Origin: Candidatus Omnitrophota bacterium
Lineage (GTDB): Bacteria > Omnitrophota > Gorgyraeia > Duberdicusellales > 4484-171
NCBI GenBank assembly: GCA_003154195.1
Contig: PMCS01000005.1
Location: forward strand, 9,449 to 73,448
Reading direction: 5' to 3'
Length of the DNA: 64,000 nt
The notes beneath the pieces are model-generated. The model worked only from the letters and a program-made list of their open reading frames with translations. It had not been told where the DNA came from and made no database searches. Positions 18,304 through 27,544 of this stretch are shown piece after piece (the first letter of the stretch is position 1; the number at the start of each line of letters is the position of its first letter). A program made the translations under genes and the position numbers.

Positions 18304-19305
18304 TTAGAAAGAAAAAATCTTATTAAAATAACTTGTATAAAACATAACAATCCTATAGCCGATGTAAGCGGCGATGAATATATAAAGAAAAACCGGCACA
18401 ACCGTAACCATTACCGCTACGGCGACGGCATTTTCTTTTTCGCACAGGGACGCCATAGACCCAAGCATTTTATCGATACTGCCGCTCTTTTCTCCCGCCG
18501 TAATCATCCCGATCATATTCGCGCTAAACAGGCGGGTCGCGCTGAATGCTTCGCTTATGCCGCCTCCCCGCTCGATAACCGCTAACCCCCGGAGAATCGA
18601 TTTTTCCACAATACTATTGCCGCAAGCGCCGGCCGCAATCTTCCACCCCTCGATTATGGTTACCCCTGAAGCGCACAGGCATTCCAACGCGCGTACAAAA
18701 CGCGTGGCGACAAACCGGCGCGTTAACTTTCCCCATAACGGAACATTAACGCTAAACAAATCATAAATATTTTTAAACCGGGCCTGCTTAAAAACTTTGC
18801 GTATCCCGAATAACAAAAAAACTATACCATACAGCGGTAATAAAACTTTTAACAACTCGCGCAAATACCCGGCTAAGCCGCAAGTTACCAATGACGTTAT
18901 CGGCAAAACAAAAACGGCAATGTGCAGAAGCAGCACCGGATACGCCAAACCGAAAACAAGGGACTGAAACATCGAGTAGTCTTTTTCAAGATAATCGGCG
19001 ATACGGTTTAACCCATCAGCCAGCCTTCCGGCGGTTTCGCTGTAACGAACGATACTTATATGCCACGCGGGAGAAAAATCCGGCAAAGCGGAAAGCCCGT
19101 CCGCCAGAGTCCCGCCACGCGAGATATGGCGCTTAAGCCGCGCGGCAATATCCTTGATGCGTCCGTTTCCGTGGCCTTGTAAAATATCCATCGCGGCAAC
19201 GACATCAACGCCGGAAATCACCAGCGTCGCCAATTCGCGGTAAAAAACCATTAATATTTTTGTGCGGTTTAAAAACATCGCTTTTTGTTTTATCGTCAAG
19301 GGCAA
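18304..19305 (-). CDS. Type II secretion system F / PilC-family inner-membrane platform protein (two T2SSF repeats)
   Basis: Two halves each with GxTxxEG-type motif (SGVDVVAAMDIL...; ASGVTIIEGWKIAAGACGN...ERGGGISEAF) and TM segments. Confidence 0.65.
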   Translation of the reverse strand: MPLTIKQKAMFLNRTKILMVFYRELATLVISGVDVVAAMDILQGHGNGRIKDIAARLKRHISRGGTLADGLSALPDFSPAWHISIVRYSETAGRLADGLNRIADYLEKDYSMFQSLVFGLAYPVLLLHIAVFVLPITSLVTCGLAGYLRELLKVLLPLYGIVFLLFGIRKVFKQARFKNIYDLFSVNVPLWGKLTRRFVATRFVRALECLCASGVTIIEGWKIAAGACGNSIVEKSILRGLAVIERGGGISEAFSATRLFSANMIGMITAGEKSGSIDKMLGSMASLCEKENAVAVAVMVTVVPVFLYIFIAAYIGYRIVMFYTSYFNKIFSF

Positions 19306-19429
19306 GAAAATACTTATTTTCGGTATGAAATTTTTTACGCGGCAAAAAATAAATATCAGGTAAGATTCTGCGAGTTGGCGCTAAAAAAATAGTTATCCGA
19401 CAATTGGTTACACCCTGCCGCCAAACTTA

Positions 19430-20104
19430 TCAATTGCCGAGAGGGCCGAATGTTCCGCCGAAATCCGCGCCAAGGTCGTCGACGTGCGGCAAATTATTGT
19501 TCTGCAAGGACTCCCGGCAAAACTTTTGAACCAGATCCTTATCTCCCCGCGTAAGCAAAAATTCAATCCTCCCCGCGATCTTCTCCTGCTCTCTTTCGAA
19601 AACAGCATCGATAAGCAAAATAAATACCTTGCCGCAATTGCTAATCGACTTTAAGATTTCGTCTGATGAACCCACTGTTAAATCAGGAGGAGAAGGAACG
19701 ATTATCGTCCTCAAAAATACGCTTAACGCGGTTACGTAAGCGCTTAACACAATGTTGCCGATTTCCTTGAGCGCGGACATACCTAGCTCCGTAAGCGTCG
19801 TTCCTTCCGATAGATGGTAGCCGGGATAGCAGATACTCATAAACTTAGCGGCACTGTCGCTATCAAAGGTTAAAAGAAGTTTGCCGTTTAAACCGGAGAG
19901 GATATCGCACTGCACGCTTACAAAACTATCATGCTTGCCGCGATAAGCGCGTAAAAGATTATCGTCGTGAAAAGGTAAAATCGAAGGCATTAAAACCTTG
20001 ATTTCTTTATTAAGCATTTTCGTAAGCGCGTTTGTGCTGTAGTTAGCGGCAACGCTTCCTATTTCTTTCAGAATATCTAATTCCATCATGCCCCAATCTT
20101 CCAT
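19430..20104 (-). CDS. CheC-like CheY-P phosphatase family protein (CheC/CheX/FliY)
   Basis: ELDILKEIGSVAANYSTNALTKMLNKEI and second repeat LKEIGNIVLSAYVTALS. The likely start is the internal ATG at 20104, preceded by a GGGGGA SD. Confidence 0.6.
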   Translation of the reverse strand: MEDWGMMELDILKEIGSVAANYSTNALTKMLNKEIKVLMPSILPFHDDNLLRAYRGKHDSFVSVQCDILSGLNGKLLLTFDSDSAAKFMSICYPGYHLSEGTTLTELGMSALKEIGNIVLSAYVTALSVFLRTIIVPSPPDLTVGSSDEILKSISNCGKVFILLIDAVFEREQEKIAGRIEFLLTRGDKDLVQKFCRESLQNNNLPHVDDLGADFGGTFGPLGN

Positions 20105-20329
20105 CTTAATCCCCCTATATCTTGACAAAGGTTCTGTAAAAAACGAACCACAGAGTTCACAGAGAAATCGGCAAATTTACCGAATTAGAAAAACCGATTG
20201 TTTTTATTTTACCTCTATCCGGCGAAACAAACAAGCAGAAAATTTTTGCAGGAGAAAACGGTCATTAATAAAAAATGCCTCGACACAGCTGCGAGGCAAG
20301 ATTTTTTTACGATAGCTTGAAGCTAACCG

Positions 20330-20400
20330 AAAAAATGCCTGCCTGCTGCCGCACTCGACCCTGGCCAATAGCAGGCATAACGCATTTTTCCGGTTAGAAA
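20330..20400 (-). terminator. GC-rich hairpin flanked by A/T runs, probable terminator after GYD gene
   Basis: aaaaaatgcctgcctgctgccgcactcgaccctggccaatagcaggcataacgcattttt. The stems gcctgct/agcaggc and aatgc/gcatt are flanked by A and T runs. Confidence 0.4.
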
Positions 20401-20427
20401 ATATATTTTTGAACAAAAAGATTGGTT

Positions 20428-20706
20428 CTACCCGGCCATCCGGTCAAACTCTTCGATACTGATCGCCGGAGAAGTGGTAAAGCCGATACCGGTTAACCTG
20501 GTAACCGCTATTGACGCCTTCATCGCCTCTGCGGTTCCGGGAAAATCCACGATAAACGCCAGGTCATACTTTCCTAAAACAGCATACATCGCGCTGACCT
20601 TACCGCCCGCCTTTTCCATCGTCTCAACGGCCTTCTTGGTGCGGTCAGCGGCAATACCCTTAACTGCTTCTGCCGAGTATCTACCGAGCATAATAAATTT
20701 TGCCAT
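20428..20706 (-). CDS. GYD domain protein
   Basis: MAKFIMLGRYSAEAVKGI...GKYDLAFIVDFP typical GYD family. AGGAGG SD upstream. Confidence 0.7.
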   Translation of the reverse strand: MAKFIMLGRYSAEAVKGIAADRTKKAVETMEKAGGKVSAMYAVLGKYDLAFIVDFPGTAEAMKASIAVTRLTGIGFTTSPAISIEEFDRMAG

Positions 20707-20733
20707 ACCGGTTCACCTCCTTTAATGAGCAGA

Positions 20734-20765
20734 TGATTTATGAAATTTTACCAAATTTCATAAAT
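20734..20765. promoter_or_regulatory. Perfect 14-4-14 inverted repeat (GATTTATGAAATTT-TACC-AAATTTCATAAATC) in GYD gene 5' region; candidate operator
   Basis: Perfect palindrome 28-60 nt upstream of the ATG at 20706 on the coding strand. A second perfect palindrome GTTCCGCCTGCAGGCGGAAC lies at 20770-20790. Confidence 0.4.
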
Positions 20766-21026
20766 CATAGTTCCGCCTGCAGGCGGAACGTCTGCGAATT
20801 AAACCCCGCCTTTTTGGCGCTATCGGTAAATTAAACTTTTCTTTATAAGAATAACCGACCTACAATAACAGCAAACCGCTTTCCCACCTAAGCGCCCAGC
20901 CAAAAAGGCGGGGTATCTACCTCTTATGCCATTATTATAAAAATCATCCTATAATACTGCCCTTGCCACATTATTTCAAGATAAAAACCGCCGATCCCAC
21001 GCGTAAAATTTTCCGGATTTTTACGA

Positions 21027-21944
21027 TTAACGATTAATTGCCTTAAGCAGTTCAACGTTTGTCGGGTATTTCTGCAACAATTCAATCAGCCTCTGCATCG
21101 CTTCCACCGGGCTCAGTTCCGCCAGGCCGCGGCGCAAAAGCTCCAGTTTCTTAAATTCTTCCACGGAGAATAACAGCTCGGCTTTACGCGTATTACTTTT
21201 GGGTATATCAATCGCGGGAAATATCCGCCGCGCTCCCAGCTCTTTGGATAAAACAATTTCCATATTGCCCGTTCCCTTGAATTCTTCAAAGATAACTTCA
21301 TCCATGCGGCTGCCGGTATCGACCAGAATCGTCGCCAGGATGGCGATTGAACCTCCCCCCTGGATATTCCTTGCCGCGCCAAAGATCCGGCGCGGTATTT
21401 CCAACGCCCCGGCGTCCACCCCGCCGGAAAGCGTCCTGCCGCTGGCGCGGCTCTGGGAATTATGCACCCGCGCCAGGCGGGTAAGGGAATCGATTAAAAT
21501 CATCACGTCTTTTCCTTCCGCCGCTTCTTTGAAAGCTTCATTCATCGCTTTATCCGCGACCGCCACATGATTATCGTAAGCCTGGTCCATCGACGACCAA
21601 TATACTGTGGCATTAACCCCGCGCCGGAAATCAGTCACCTCTTCCGGACGTTCATCGATCAACAAACAATAAATCTTCATCTCCGGACAGCTTTTAGCCG
21701 TCGCGTGGCAGATATGCTTGAGAAAAGTCGTCTTGCCTAAGCCAGGAGAAGAAACAATCAGGCCGCGCTGGCCTTTACCAATAGGACAAATCAAATCCAT
21801 CGCGCGGACAGTTAATTCTTTGCTCCCGTTTTCAAGGATTATGCGCGGATAGGGGTCGATTGCCGTTCCGGAAAGAAATTGTTTCTCCTGGGGAGTAGCG
21901 GCGCGACGCGGCGCGTAGGAAAATAAAGGGTATTTGGAAATCAT
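21027..21944 (-). CDS. rho: Transcription termination factor Rho homolog lacking the N-terminal RNA-binding (OB/CSD) domain
   Basis: PIGKGQRGLIVSSPGLGKTT Walker A, LIDERPEEV, Q/R-loop region and DSLTRLARV. Only ~60 aa precede the P-loop, against ~180 in E. coli Rho. The upstream 320 bp are AT-rich with stops in all frames. Confidence 0.75.
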   Translation of the reverse strand: MISKYPLFSYAPRRAATPQEKQFLSGTAIDPYPRIILENGSKELTVRAMDLICPIGKGQRGLIVSSPGLGKTTFLKHICHATAKSCPEMKIYCLLIDERPEEVTDFRRGVNATVYWSSMDQAYDNHVAVADKAMNEAFKEAAEGKDVMILIDSLTRLARVHNSQSRASGRTLSGGVDAGALEIPRRIFGAARNIQGGGSIAILATILVDTGSRMDEVIFEEFKGTGNMEIVLSKELGARRIFPAIDIPKSNTRKAELLFSVEEFKKLELLRRGLAELSPVEAMQRLIELLQKYPTNVELLKAINR

Positions 21945-22265
21945 GGTTTTATTTTTGTAACGAGAGGGGAAACCGGTAAATTTCGCTATCTCGCGGCTTT
22001 TACTTTCTGCTTAAAACATTATAGCAAAATATAAGCGTCAAGGGAAAGGAAAACATAAAATATTTAAGCGCACTTTAAAAAACTATTTGCGGGGGCAAGT
22101 ATTTATGCTATAATTCTTTCGGTTTTCATATTTATTTTTGCTGCGCAGAAAATAAATATTGTCCGCTTCGCGGATAAAAAATAATAAGACTAACCCGGAA
22201 AATTTTCGCCTTTGCCTAAAAAAACCGGGACTATTAATTTAAATTGTTCTTAAAGTTGAAACTAT

Positions 22266-22342
22266 TCCCTGGTAGCTCAGTTGGTATGAGCAGCTGACTG
22301 TTAATCAGCGGGCCGCAGGTTCGAGCCCTGCCCAGGGAGCCA
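22266..22342 (+). tRNA. tRNA-Asn (anticodon GTT)
   Basis: 7-bp acceptor stem tccctgg/ccaggga, D-arm gctcagttggtatgagc, anticodon stem gctga/tcagc with loop ctGTTaa, T-arm gcaggttcgagccctgc, discriminator g, encoded CCA. Confidence 0.85.
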
Positions 22343-22349
22343 GTATTCA

Positions 22350-22385
22350 TAAAAAACCCACCATTTTATTGGTGGGTTTTTTGTT
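22350..22385 (+). terminator. Rho-independent terminator after tRNA-Asn
   Basis: aaaaacccaccattttattggtgggtttttt: a 9-bp stem followed by a T-run. Confidence 0.6.
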
Positions 22386-22427
22386 TTGGTTGATATAATT
22401 TATCGTAGATTGCCGGCGTAAAAATCG

Positions 22428-23009
22428 CTAAGCGAGAACAATCGCTTTACTTACCTTTTCCGCTTCTTTTTTCCCGCAAAGTTTTTCCACAATGCTCAGG
22501 GCGAATTCTATCGATGTCCCCGCGCCGCGGCTGGTAATAAGATTGCCGTCAACCACCACATTTCGCGCCTGGAATTTAGTTTCACTCCCGAACGCGTCCT
22601 CCATGCCGGGAAAACAAGTGGCCGTCTTTCCTTTTAATATACCGGTAGGCGCTAAAACAACTGCCGGCGAGGCGCAGATCGCCGCGATAACCTTGCCACT
22701 TTTGTTCATATCGACAATTACGGTTTTCAACGCGGATGAAGCGGCAAGATTTTTCGCGCCCGCCCCGCCTCCGGGAAGGACTAAGGCGTCAAAATTCAAA
22801 TCCGTCTCATTAAACTTCTTATCGGCAATGACATTGACGCCACGGCTGCTCTTTACTTTTATATCGGCCAATCCGGCAACCGTCACCTCAATTTGCGCCC
22901 GGCGCAGGATATCGATCGGCGCCATCGCCTCGATTTCTTCAAATCCGTCAGCAAGTATGACCAGTGCTTTTTTTGGCATAGTATTTTTAAAGTTACAAAA
23001 ATCAGTCAA
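22428..23009 (-). CDS. DJ-1/PfpI (ThiJ/YajL) family protein
   Basis: ALVLPGGGAGAKNL...VIAAICASPAVVLA (nucleophile-elbow Cys)...ITSRGAGTSIEFALSIV. Confidence 0.8.
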   Translation of the reverse strand: MTDFCNFKNTMPKKALVILADGFEEIEAMAPIDILRRAQIEVTVAGLADIKVKSSRGVNVIADKKFNETDLNFDALVLPGGGAGAKNLAASSALKTVIVDMNKSGKVIAAICASPAVVLAPTGILKGKTATCFPGMEDAFGSETKFQARNVVVDGNLITSRGAGTSIEFALSIVEKLCGKKEAEKVSKAIVLA

Positions 23010-23129
23010 TATTTCCTAAAGTTACTGGATTCTTTTGCACCATCAAAAAAAACGTTAATTAACCTCGAGCAATACCAAATAATATTAAATAAAAGCAACC
23101 CGCAAGGTGCGCTTGGAGCAGGCAAAGAG

Positions 23130-23145
23130 CGGCAAATATTTGCCG
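23130..23145. promoter_or_regulatory. Perfect 16-bp palindrome CGGCAAATATTTGCCG in intergenic region
   Basis: Seen directly. A related half-site ttgccgctatttgccgcg is at 23254-23272. Confidence 0.3.
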
Positions 23146-23294
23146 CTAAAATGATTGCAAAAAACGCAGGCATACTCAAAGAGTATGTCGAGGTTCACCT
23201 AAAGGCGAAATCTCGCCTACGGCGGACTTTTTGCAACATTTGCAGCGCAAAGAGTTGCCGCTATTTGCCGCGAGCAAGCGCATTTTGCGGGTTG

Positions 23295-23891
23295 TCACAC
23301 AAGCCTTCTCTCCACCAGCGCTTTGCCCAGAGTCACCGAATCGATATACTCGATCTGCGTGCCCAGGGGAATGCCGATGGCGATGCGATAAATTTTAACT
23401 TTATACGGCGAAATCTTCTCAATCAAGTACTGCGCGGTCAATTCGCCTTCATTATCGGGATCGGTAGAGATGATGACTTCGCTGACCTCGCCTTTTTCTA
23501 AACGGCTGATCAACTTCCCGAGATTAAGCTCTTCGCCGTAGACTCCCTCTAAAGGAGAGATGCGGCCAAGTAAAACATAATAAATACCGTTATAGGAAGA
23601 AGTTTTTTCGATTGCCATGATATCTTTCGGTTCTTCGACAATGCATACCACGTCTTTATCGCGCTTAACATCGGCGCAGATATGGCAGGCATCGCCGCTT
23701 GAAAAATTATTGCATATACGGCACGGCTTAATATGATTATGTAATTCTTCCATTTTTACCGCCAGATCCTTGACCTGCGACAGCGGCATCTTCAATAGAT
23801 AATAGGCCATCCTCTCGGCGCTGCGCCTGCCCACGCCGGGGAATTTCGTAAAGGCATTGACTAAATCGGTAAAAGCTTTGTTAAAACTCAT
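23295..23891 (-). CDS. recR: Recombination protein RecR
   Basis: Zinc finger CRICNNFSSGDACHIC, Toprim VVCIVEEPKD...STDPDNEGE, C-terminal Walker-B-like region. Confidence 0.9.
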   Translation of the reverse strand: MSFNKAFTDLVNAFTKFPGVGRRSAERMAYYLLKMPLSQVKDLAVKMEELHNHIKPCRICNNFSSGDACHICADVKRDKDVVCIVEEPKDIMAIEKTSSYNGIYYVLLGRISPLEGVYGEELNLGKLISRLEKGEVSEVIISTDPDNEGELTAQYLIEKISPYKVKIYRIAIGIPLGTQIEYIDSVTLGKALVERRLV

Positions 23892-23894
23892 GTT

Positions 23895-24025
23895 GTTAAA
23901 CTGGGTTAGGGTAAAGATGAGGAAGCCAGTATGGGTTATGGCTAAGGTTAAGGCTGAAAATTTGTATCAGCCATGGCCCTTGCCCTTACCCAAACCGGCC
24001 GCTTAACCCTGGCCATAGCCTAATC
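23895..24025. repeat. Palindromic intergenic repeat element family 1, copy 2
   Basis: ctgggttagggtaaagatgaggaagccagtatgggttatggctaaggttaaggctgaaaatttgtatcagcc...acccaaaccggccgcttaaccctggcc. Confidence 0.7.
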
Positions 24026-25780
24026 ATTTTCCACATCCAGTTTCCCGCCAAAAGTATCCAGAAGGTCGTTGATAAAATCATTACTTTTCTCATTATCGGC
24101 GCCGGAATCGGCAGATACCCCGCCGCCTTCCGAACCCTGGGTTTTATGCCCGGCGCCGGAAACCGGAATATTCGTGTTTGCCGTAGAAACCGCCAGAGCC
24201 TTATCGACCAGAATAAATTTAATCCCCGCCGGTTTATTCAAAATATGGGCGACTACCCCTTCGATAAATTTAAGATTTTTGCTGCTCTCCACGATTTCTT
24301 TATGAAAGTAATCATTCTTATGGAAAGCGATTCTTATTAAAGAACCTTGCGACGATACCGGCAGAGAATACGACAGATGCGAAGCAATCGCTGCCCTTAC
24401 TTTTTGTATATGTGAAAGAATCTCCTGCCATTTTGCCTTAACCTGACTGAACAACAAATCATCGCTTGCCCGGCTATCTTCATCTTTAGCCGGCGAAGAT
24501 GCGTCGCTTACGCCGGACGCATCATCTTCATCCGGGACAAGCGCATCAATCTCTTTGCTCAGTTGTTCTTCCGTATCCAAATTTACGGCAGCGGCCGCTT
24601 TCCCCTGGGGAACCGAAATTTTATTGGCCGGCGCCGGATTCTGCGGCTTAACCGGCGGCACGGCGGCCTGAACCGGCAAAGCATCTTTACTCTTATCGTA
24701 TAAAAATTTAATCACCGCCAACTCTAAAGGAATCCGGACGGTATTTAATTTCGCGGAATGCTCTTTTGCCTCGAGCAATAAATCAATTACCAGCAAAATC
24801 CGGCCGGCGGTAATGCCCGCGCTTATTTTGCCGAGCAATTCTTTGCTTTGCGGCGACACTTCAGCCAACTCCGTAAAAGTCCGGGGGCTTACTTTGCAAA
24901 GCAGGAGATTCCTTAAATGCTCTACGAGCGAAGATAAAAATATCGCCAGGTCTTTGCCGTCCCGGGACAATCGGTCGATAAGCGAAAGGAGCGGCGTCAA
25001 ATCTTTCTGAATGATAAAGTTAACTGCGTTATTTAAAATATCTTCATCAATGATCCCCAGAAAGGAAAAAATATCGCCCAGGGGCTTTTTTTCCATAACC
25101 AGCGGCATAAGCTGGTCCAGCAAAGACTCGGCGTCACGGATACTTCCGCCGCCGGCGCGGGCAATCGCGTAAAGCAGGTTTTCCTCGATTTTCACGTTTT
25201 CCGCTTCGGTTATTTTTTTAAGTTTAGCGGCAATCTTTTCCTGGGCAACGAGGTTGAATTGAAACTTCTGGCACCGCGACAGAATAGTCGGCAGAACTTT
25301 ATGCGGATGGGTAGTGGCAAAAATAAATTTAACGTGCGGCGGCGGCTCTTCCAGGGTTTTAAGCAGGGCGTTAAACGCCTCCTGGGTAAGCATATGGACT
25401 TCGTCAATGATGTAAATTTTGTAGCGCGAACGCGCCGGCGAAAGCTTGATGCTTTCGATTAAAACCCTTACTTCATCGATCCCGCGGTTGGAAGCGCCGT
25501 CAATCTCAATGATATCCAGCGACGACGCGCGAATAATTTCCGTACAACTCAAACACTGGCCGCAAGGCTTAACGGACGGGCCCTTCTCGCAATTTAATGA
25601 TTTCGCAAAGATCCGGGCGACGGAAGTCTTGCCGATTCCCCGCGGCCCGCTGAAAAGATAAGCATGATGCACGCGCTCTTTTAGAATAGCGTTTTTTAAC
25701 GCAGTAGTAACGTGCTCCTGGCCGACGACATCGTCGAAACATTGGGGGCGATACTTTAAGGCTAACGCTTTATATTCCAT
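24020..25780 (-). CDS. dnaX: DNA polymerase III subunit gamma/tau
   Basis: MEYKALALKYRPQCFDDVVGQEHV, GPRGIGKTS Walker A, zinc module CGQCLSC, and TLEEPP box. The start is the internal ATG at 25780, which sits immediately after the T7GC-N3-GCA8 palindrome with no SD. Confidence 0.9.
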   Translation of the reverse strand: MEYKALALKYRPQCFDDVVGQEHVTTALKNAILKERVHHAYLFSGPRGIGKTSVARIFAKSLNCEKGPSVKPCGQCLSCTEIIRASSLDIIEIDGASNRGIDEVRVLIESIKLSPARSRYKIYIIDEVHMLTQEAFNALLKTLEEPPPHVKFIFATTHPHKVLPTILSRCQKFQFNLVAQEKIAAKLKKITEAENVKIEENLLYAIARAGGGSIRDAESLLDQLMPLVMEKKPLGDIFSFLGIIDEDILNNAVNFIIQKDLTPLLSLIDRLSRDGKDLAIFLSSLVEHLRNLLLCKVSPRTFTELAEVSPQSKELLGKISAGITAGRILLVIDLLLEAKEHSAKLNTVRIPLELAVIKFLYDKSKDALPVQAAVPPVKPQNPAPANKISVPQGKAAAAVNLDTEEQLSKEIDALVPDEDDASGVSDASSPAKDEDSRASDDLLFSQVKAKWQEILSHIQKVRAAIASHLSYSLPVSSQGSLIRIAFHKNDYFHKEIVESSKNLKFIEGVVAHILNKPAGIKFILVDKALAVSTANTNIPVSGAGHKTQGSEGGGVSADSGADNEKSNDFINDLLDTFGGKLDVEND

Positions 25781-25979
25781 ATATTTTTTTGCTCCGCAAA
25801 AAAAATATCCGTTATCCGCTTCGCGGATGAAAAACAAAATTCCGGTATTTCTTGCGCAATATTTTGCTTAACCGGATAAACCAAAATTCTGGGGATAATC
25901 CAATTAAAAGTTTTTATTGTTTTATTGCTTCCCTCTCCCTTCATCATTCGGTCTTCGGTCATCGGTTATTCTAATGCGG

Positions 25980-26288
25980 CTACATCGACCGCAGCCTCAT
26001 CGCCCAATCAAATAAAGTCCGGATTAAAAAATCTTTTAAAAACCAAATCGCTAAAAACGCGATTATCGGCGATATGTCAATACCCATCTTAAGGCTAAAG
26101 GGCAGAATCCGCCTTATCGGTTCCAGAATCGGCTCCGTCACCTGGTATAAGAATTTTACGATTGGATTGTACGGATCAGGACTGACCCAGCTCAGCAGGG
26201 CGCGGATTAGAATAATCCAGTAGAATACCGTTAATACCGTGTTTAGTATACTCGCCAGCGCTGAGATGAAATTTGCCAAAATAAACAT
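25980..26288 (-). CDS. YggT family membrane protein
   Basis: ~100 aa with two TM segments. YWIILIRALLSWVSPDPYNPI matches YGGT-family signature. Confidence 0.65.
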   Translation of the reverse strand: MFILANFISALASILNTVLTVFYWIILIRALLSWVSPDPYNPIVKFLYQVTEPILEPIRRILPFSLKMGIDISPIIAFLAIWFLKDFLIRTLFDWAMRLRSM

Positions 26289-26425
26289 ATTATTAAACTG
26301 GGTCAGGGTAATGGCAAGGATGCCAGTATGGGTTATGGCTAAGGTTAAGGCTGTAAATTCGTATCAGCCCTAGCCTTTACCTTCACCCAAACCGGCTTCG
26401 TAACCTTAACCGTAACCATATATTT
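26289..26425. repeat. Palindromic intergenic repeat element family 1, copy 3
   Basis: ~85% identical to copy 2 over ~125 bp. Confidence 0.7.
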
Positions 26426-26427
26426 TA

Positions 26428-27333
26428 TCAGGAACTCTGCCGGTACAACTTATAAACCGCATAAGAAATATAAGCGATGAACTTTTTTGCTTTCCCATAG
26501 TTTCTTACGTCTTTGGTCAAAACGCAGATGATAAAATCTCCCCGGCCGGAAAAAATAATCCCGGCGTCATGGACAACCCCCCGCTCCAGGCCGGTTTTAT
26601 GCGCCACGATAACTCCGTAAGGCAGATAACGCGGGATGCGGTCTTTCATCGTTTGTCTTTTTAACAGCGCGAGCATAAACATGGAAGACTTCTTATCGAT
26701 AAGGTTAAAACTATAAATCTTTTCTAAAAGAGATGCTATCTCGTAAGTCGTGGTAAAATTATCGAACCCTTTTTTTCTTTGAGAAAAGTCCATCATCGGA
26801 CGGACAAGCGCCGTTTTATTTAACCCCAACCCCTTAAAGACGCCGTTGATGTAATCGTAGCCTAAAATATCGATGACTTTGTTAGCCGCGGTATTATCGC
26901 TCTCGGTAATCATCAAATATAGTAATTTCTTGAAGGTTATGCTGATGGGAAGGCGCAGGCGCTTAAGCAAACCGGAACCGCCGGCGATATCACCCCGGCG
27001 GATGACTATCACGTCATTCAGCTTTACCTTGCCTTCCCTGACTGCGTTCATGCTGACGGCCAGAATGGGAAGTTTTATTAAACTCGCCGCGGGAAATAAT
27101 TCATTATCGTTATGGACTACTTCCAAAGACGGCCGTCTCAAGTCCCGGATTACAATCGAATAATTGCCGCGGAAACGGCGGGAAAGATAAGACAATTGGA
27201 CCCTTAAGCGCTGGTATAGCTTCGCGCTCTGGCCATAAGAAGATGCTTCGGCGGCCTTAAAATAAATCCCGCCGGCAAGCGAAACAATCAAGAGCGAAAC
27301 AAGCGGAATAAAAATATATCGTCTTTTCATCAT
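26428..27333 (-). CDS. Class A beta-lactamase-like serine hydrolase (secreted)
   Basis: Signal peptide. SxxK (ASLIK), SDN (ITESDNTAAN) and KTG (HKTGLER) motifs in canonical order. Confidence 0.65.
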   Translation of the reverse strand: MMKRRYIFIPLVSLLIVSLAGGIYFKAAEASSYGQSAKLYQRLRVQLSYLSRRFRGNYSIVIRDLRRPSLEVVHNDNELFPAASLIKLPILAVSMNAVREGKVKLNDVIVIRRGDIAGGSGLLKRLRLPISITFKKLLYLMITESDNTAANKVIDILGYDYINGVFKGLGLNKTALVRPMMDFSQRKKGFDNFTTTYEIASLLEKIYSFNLIDKKSSMFMLALLKRQTMKDRIPRYLPYGVIVAHKTGLERGVVHDAGIIFSGRGDFIICVLTKDVRNYGKAKKFIAYISYAVYKLYRQSS

Positions 27334-27544
27334 TAGAGATCTTTATACGGCTCTTTCAATACCTTTATCACACAAAAAAGACAAAGGCCGACGATTAAAC
27401 CCCAGGAAAAAATTAAAAATATCCAACCAGAAATGGTCATATTATTAAAAACTAGTGCACTGTCAAATTAATTTTTACTGGTATCACTTCAGGAAAAATT
27501 AATTTCTACATGCACTTGTACCGCGCACCACTATTAAAAATTAA

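Noticed and set aside
21980-22040. Sigma-70 promoter cccTTGACGcttatattttgcTATAATg upstream of rho
   Set aside because: The -35-like and -10-like hexamers are only 12 nt apart. The same cccttgacg word occurs 15 nt before the T2SS-F start, where it cannot be a -35. Not reported as a promoter.
22266-22427. Integrated element at tRNA-Asn (a common att site)
   Set aside because: No integrase, no direct repeat of the tRNA 3' end, and flanking genes (rho-like, DJ-1) are ordinary chromosomal genes.
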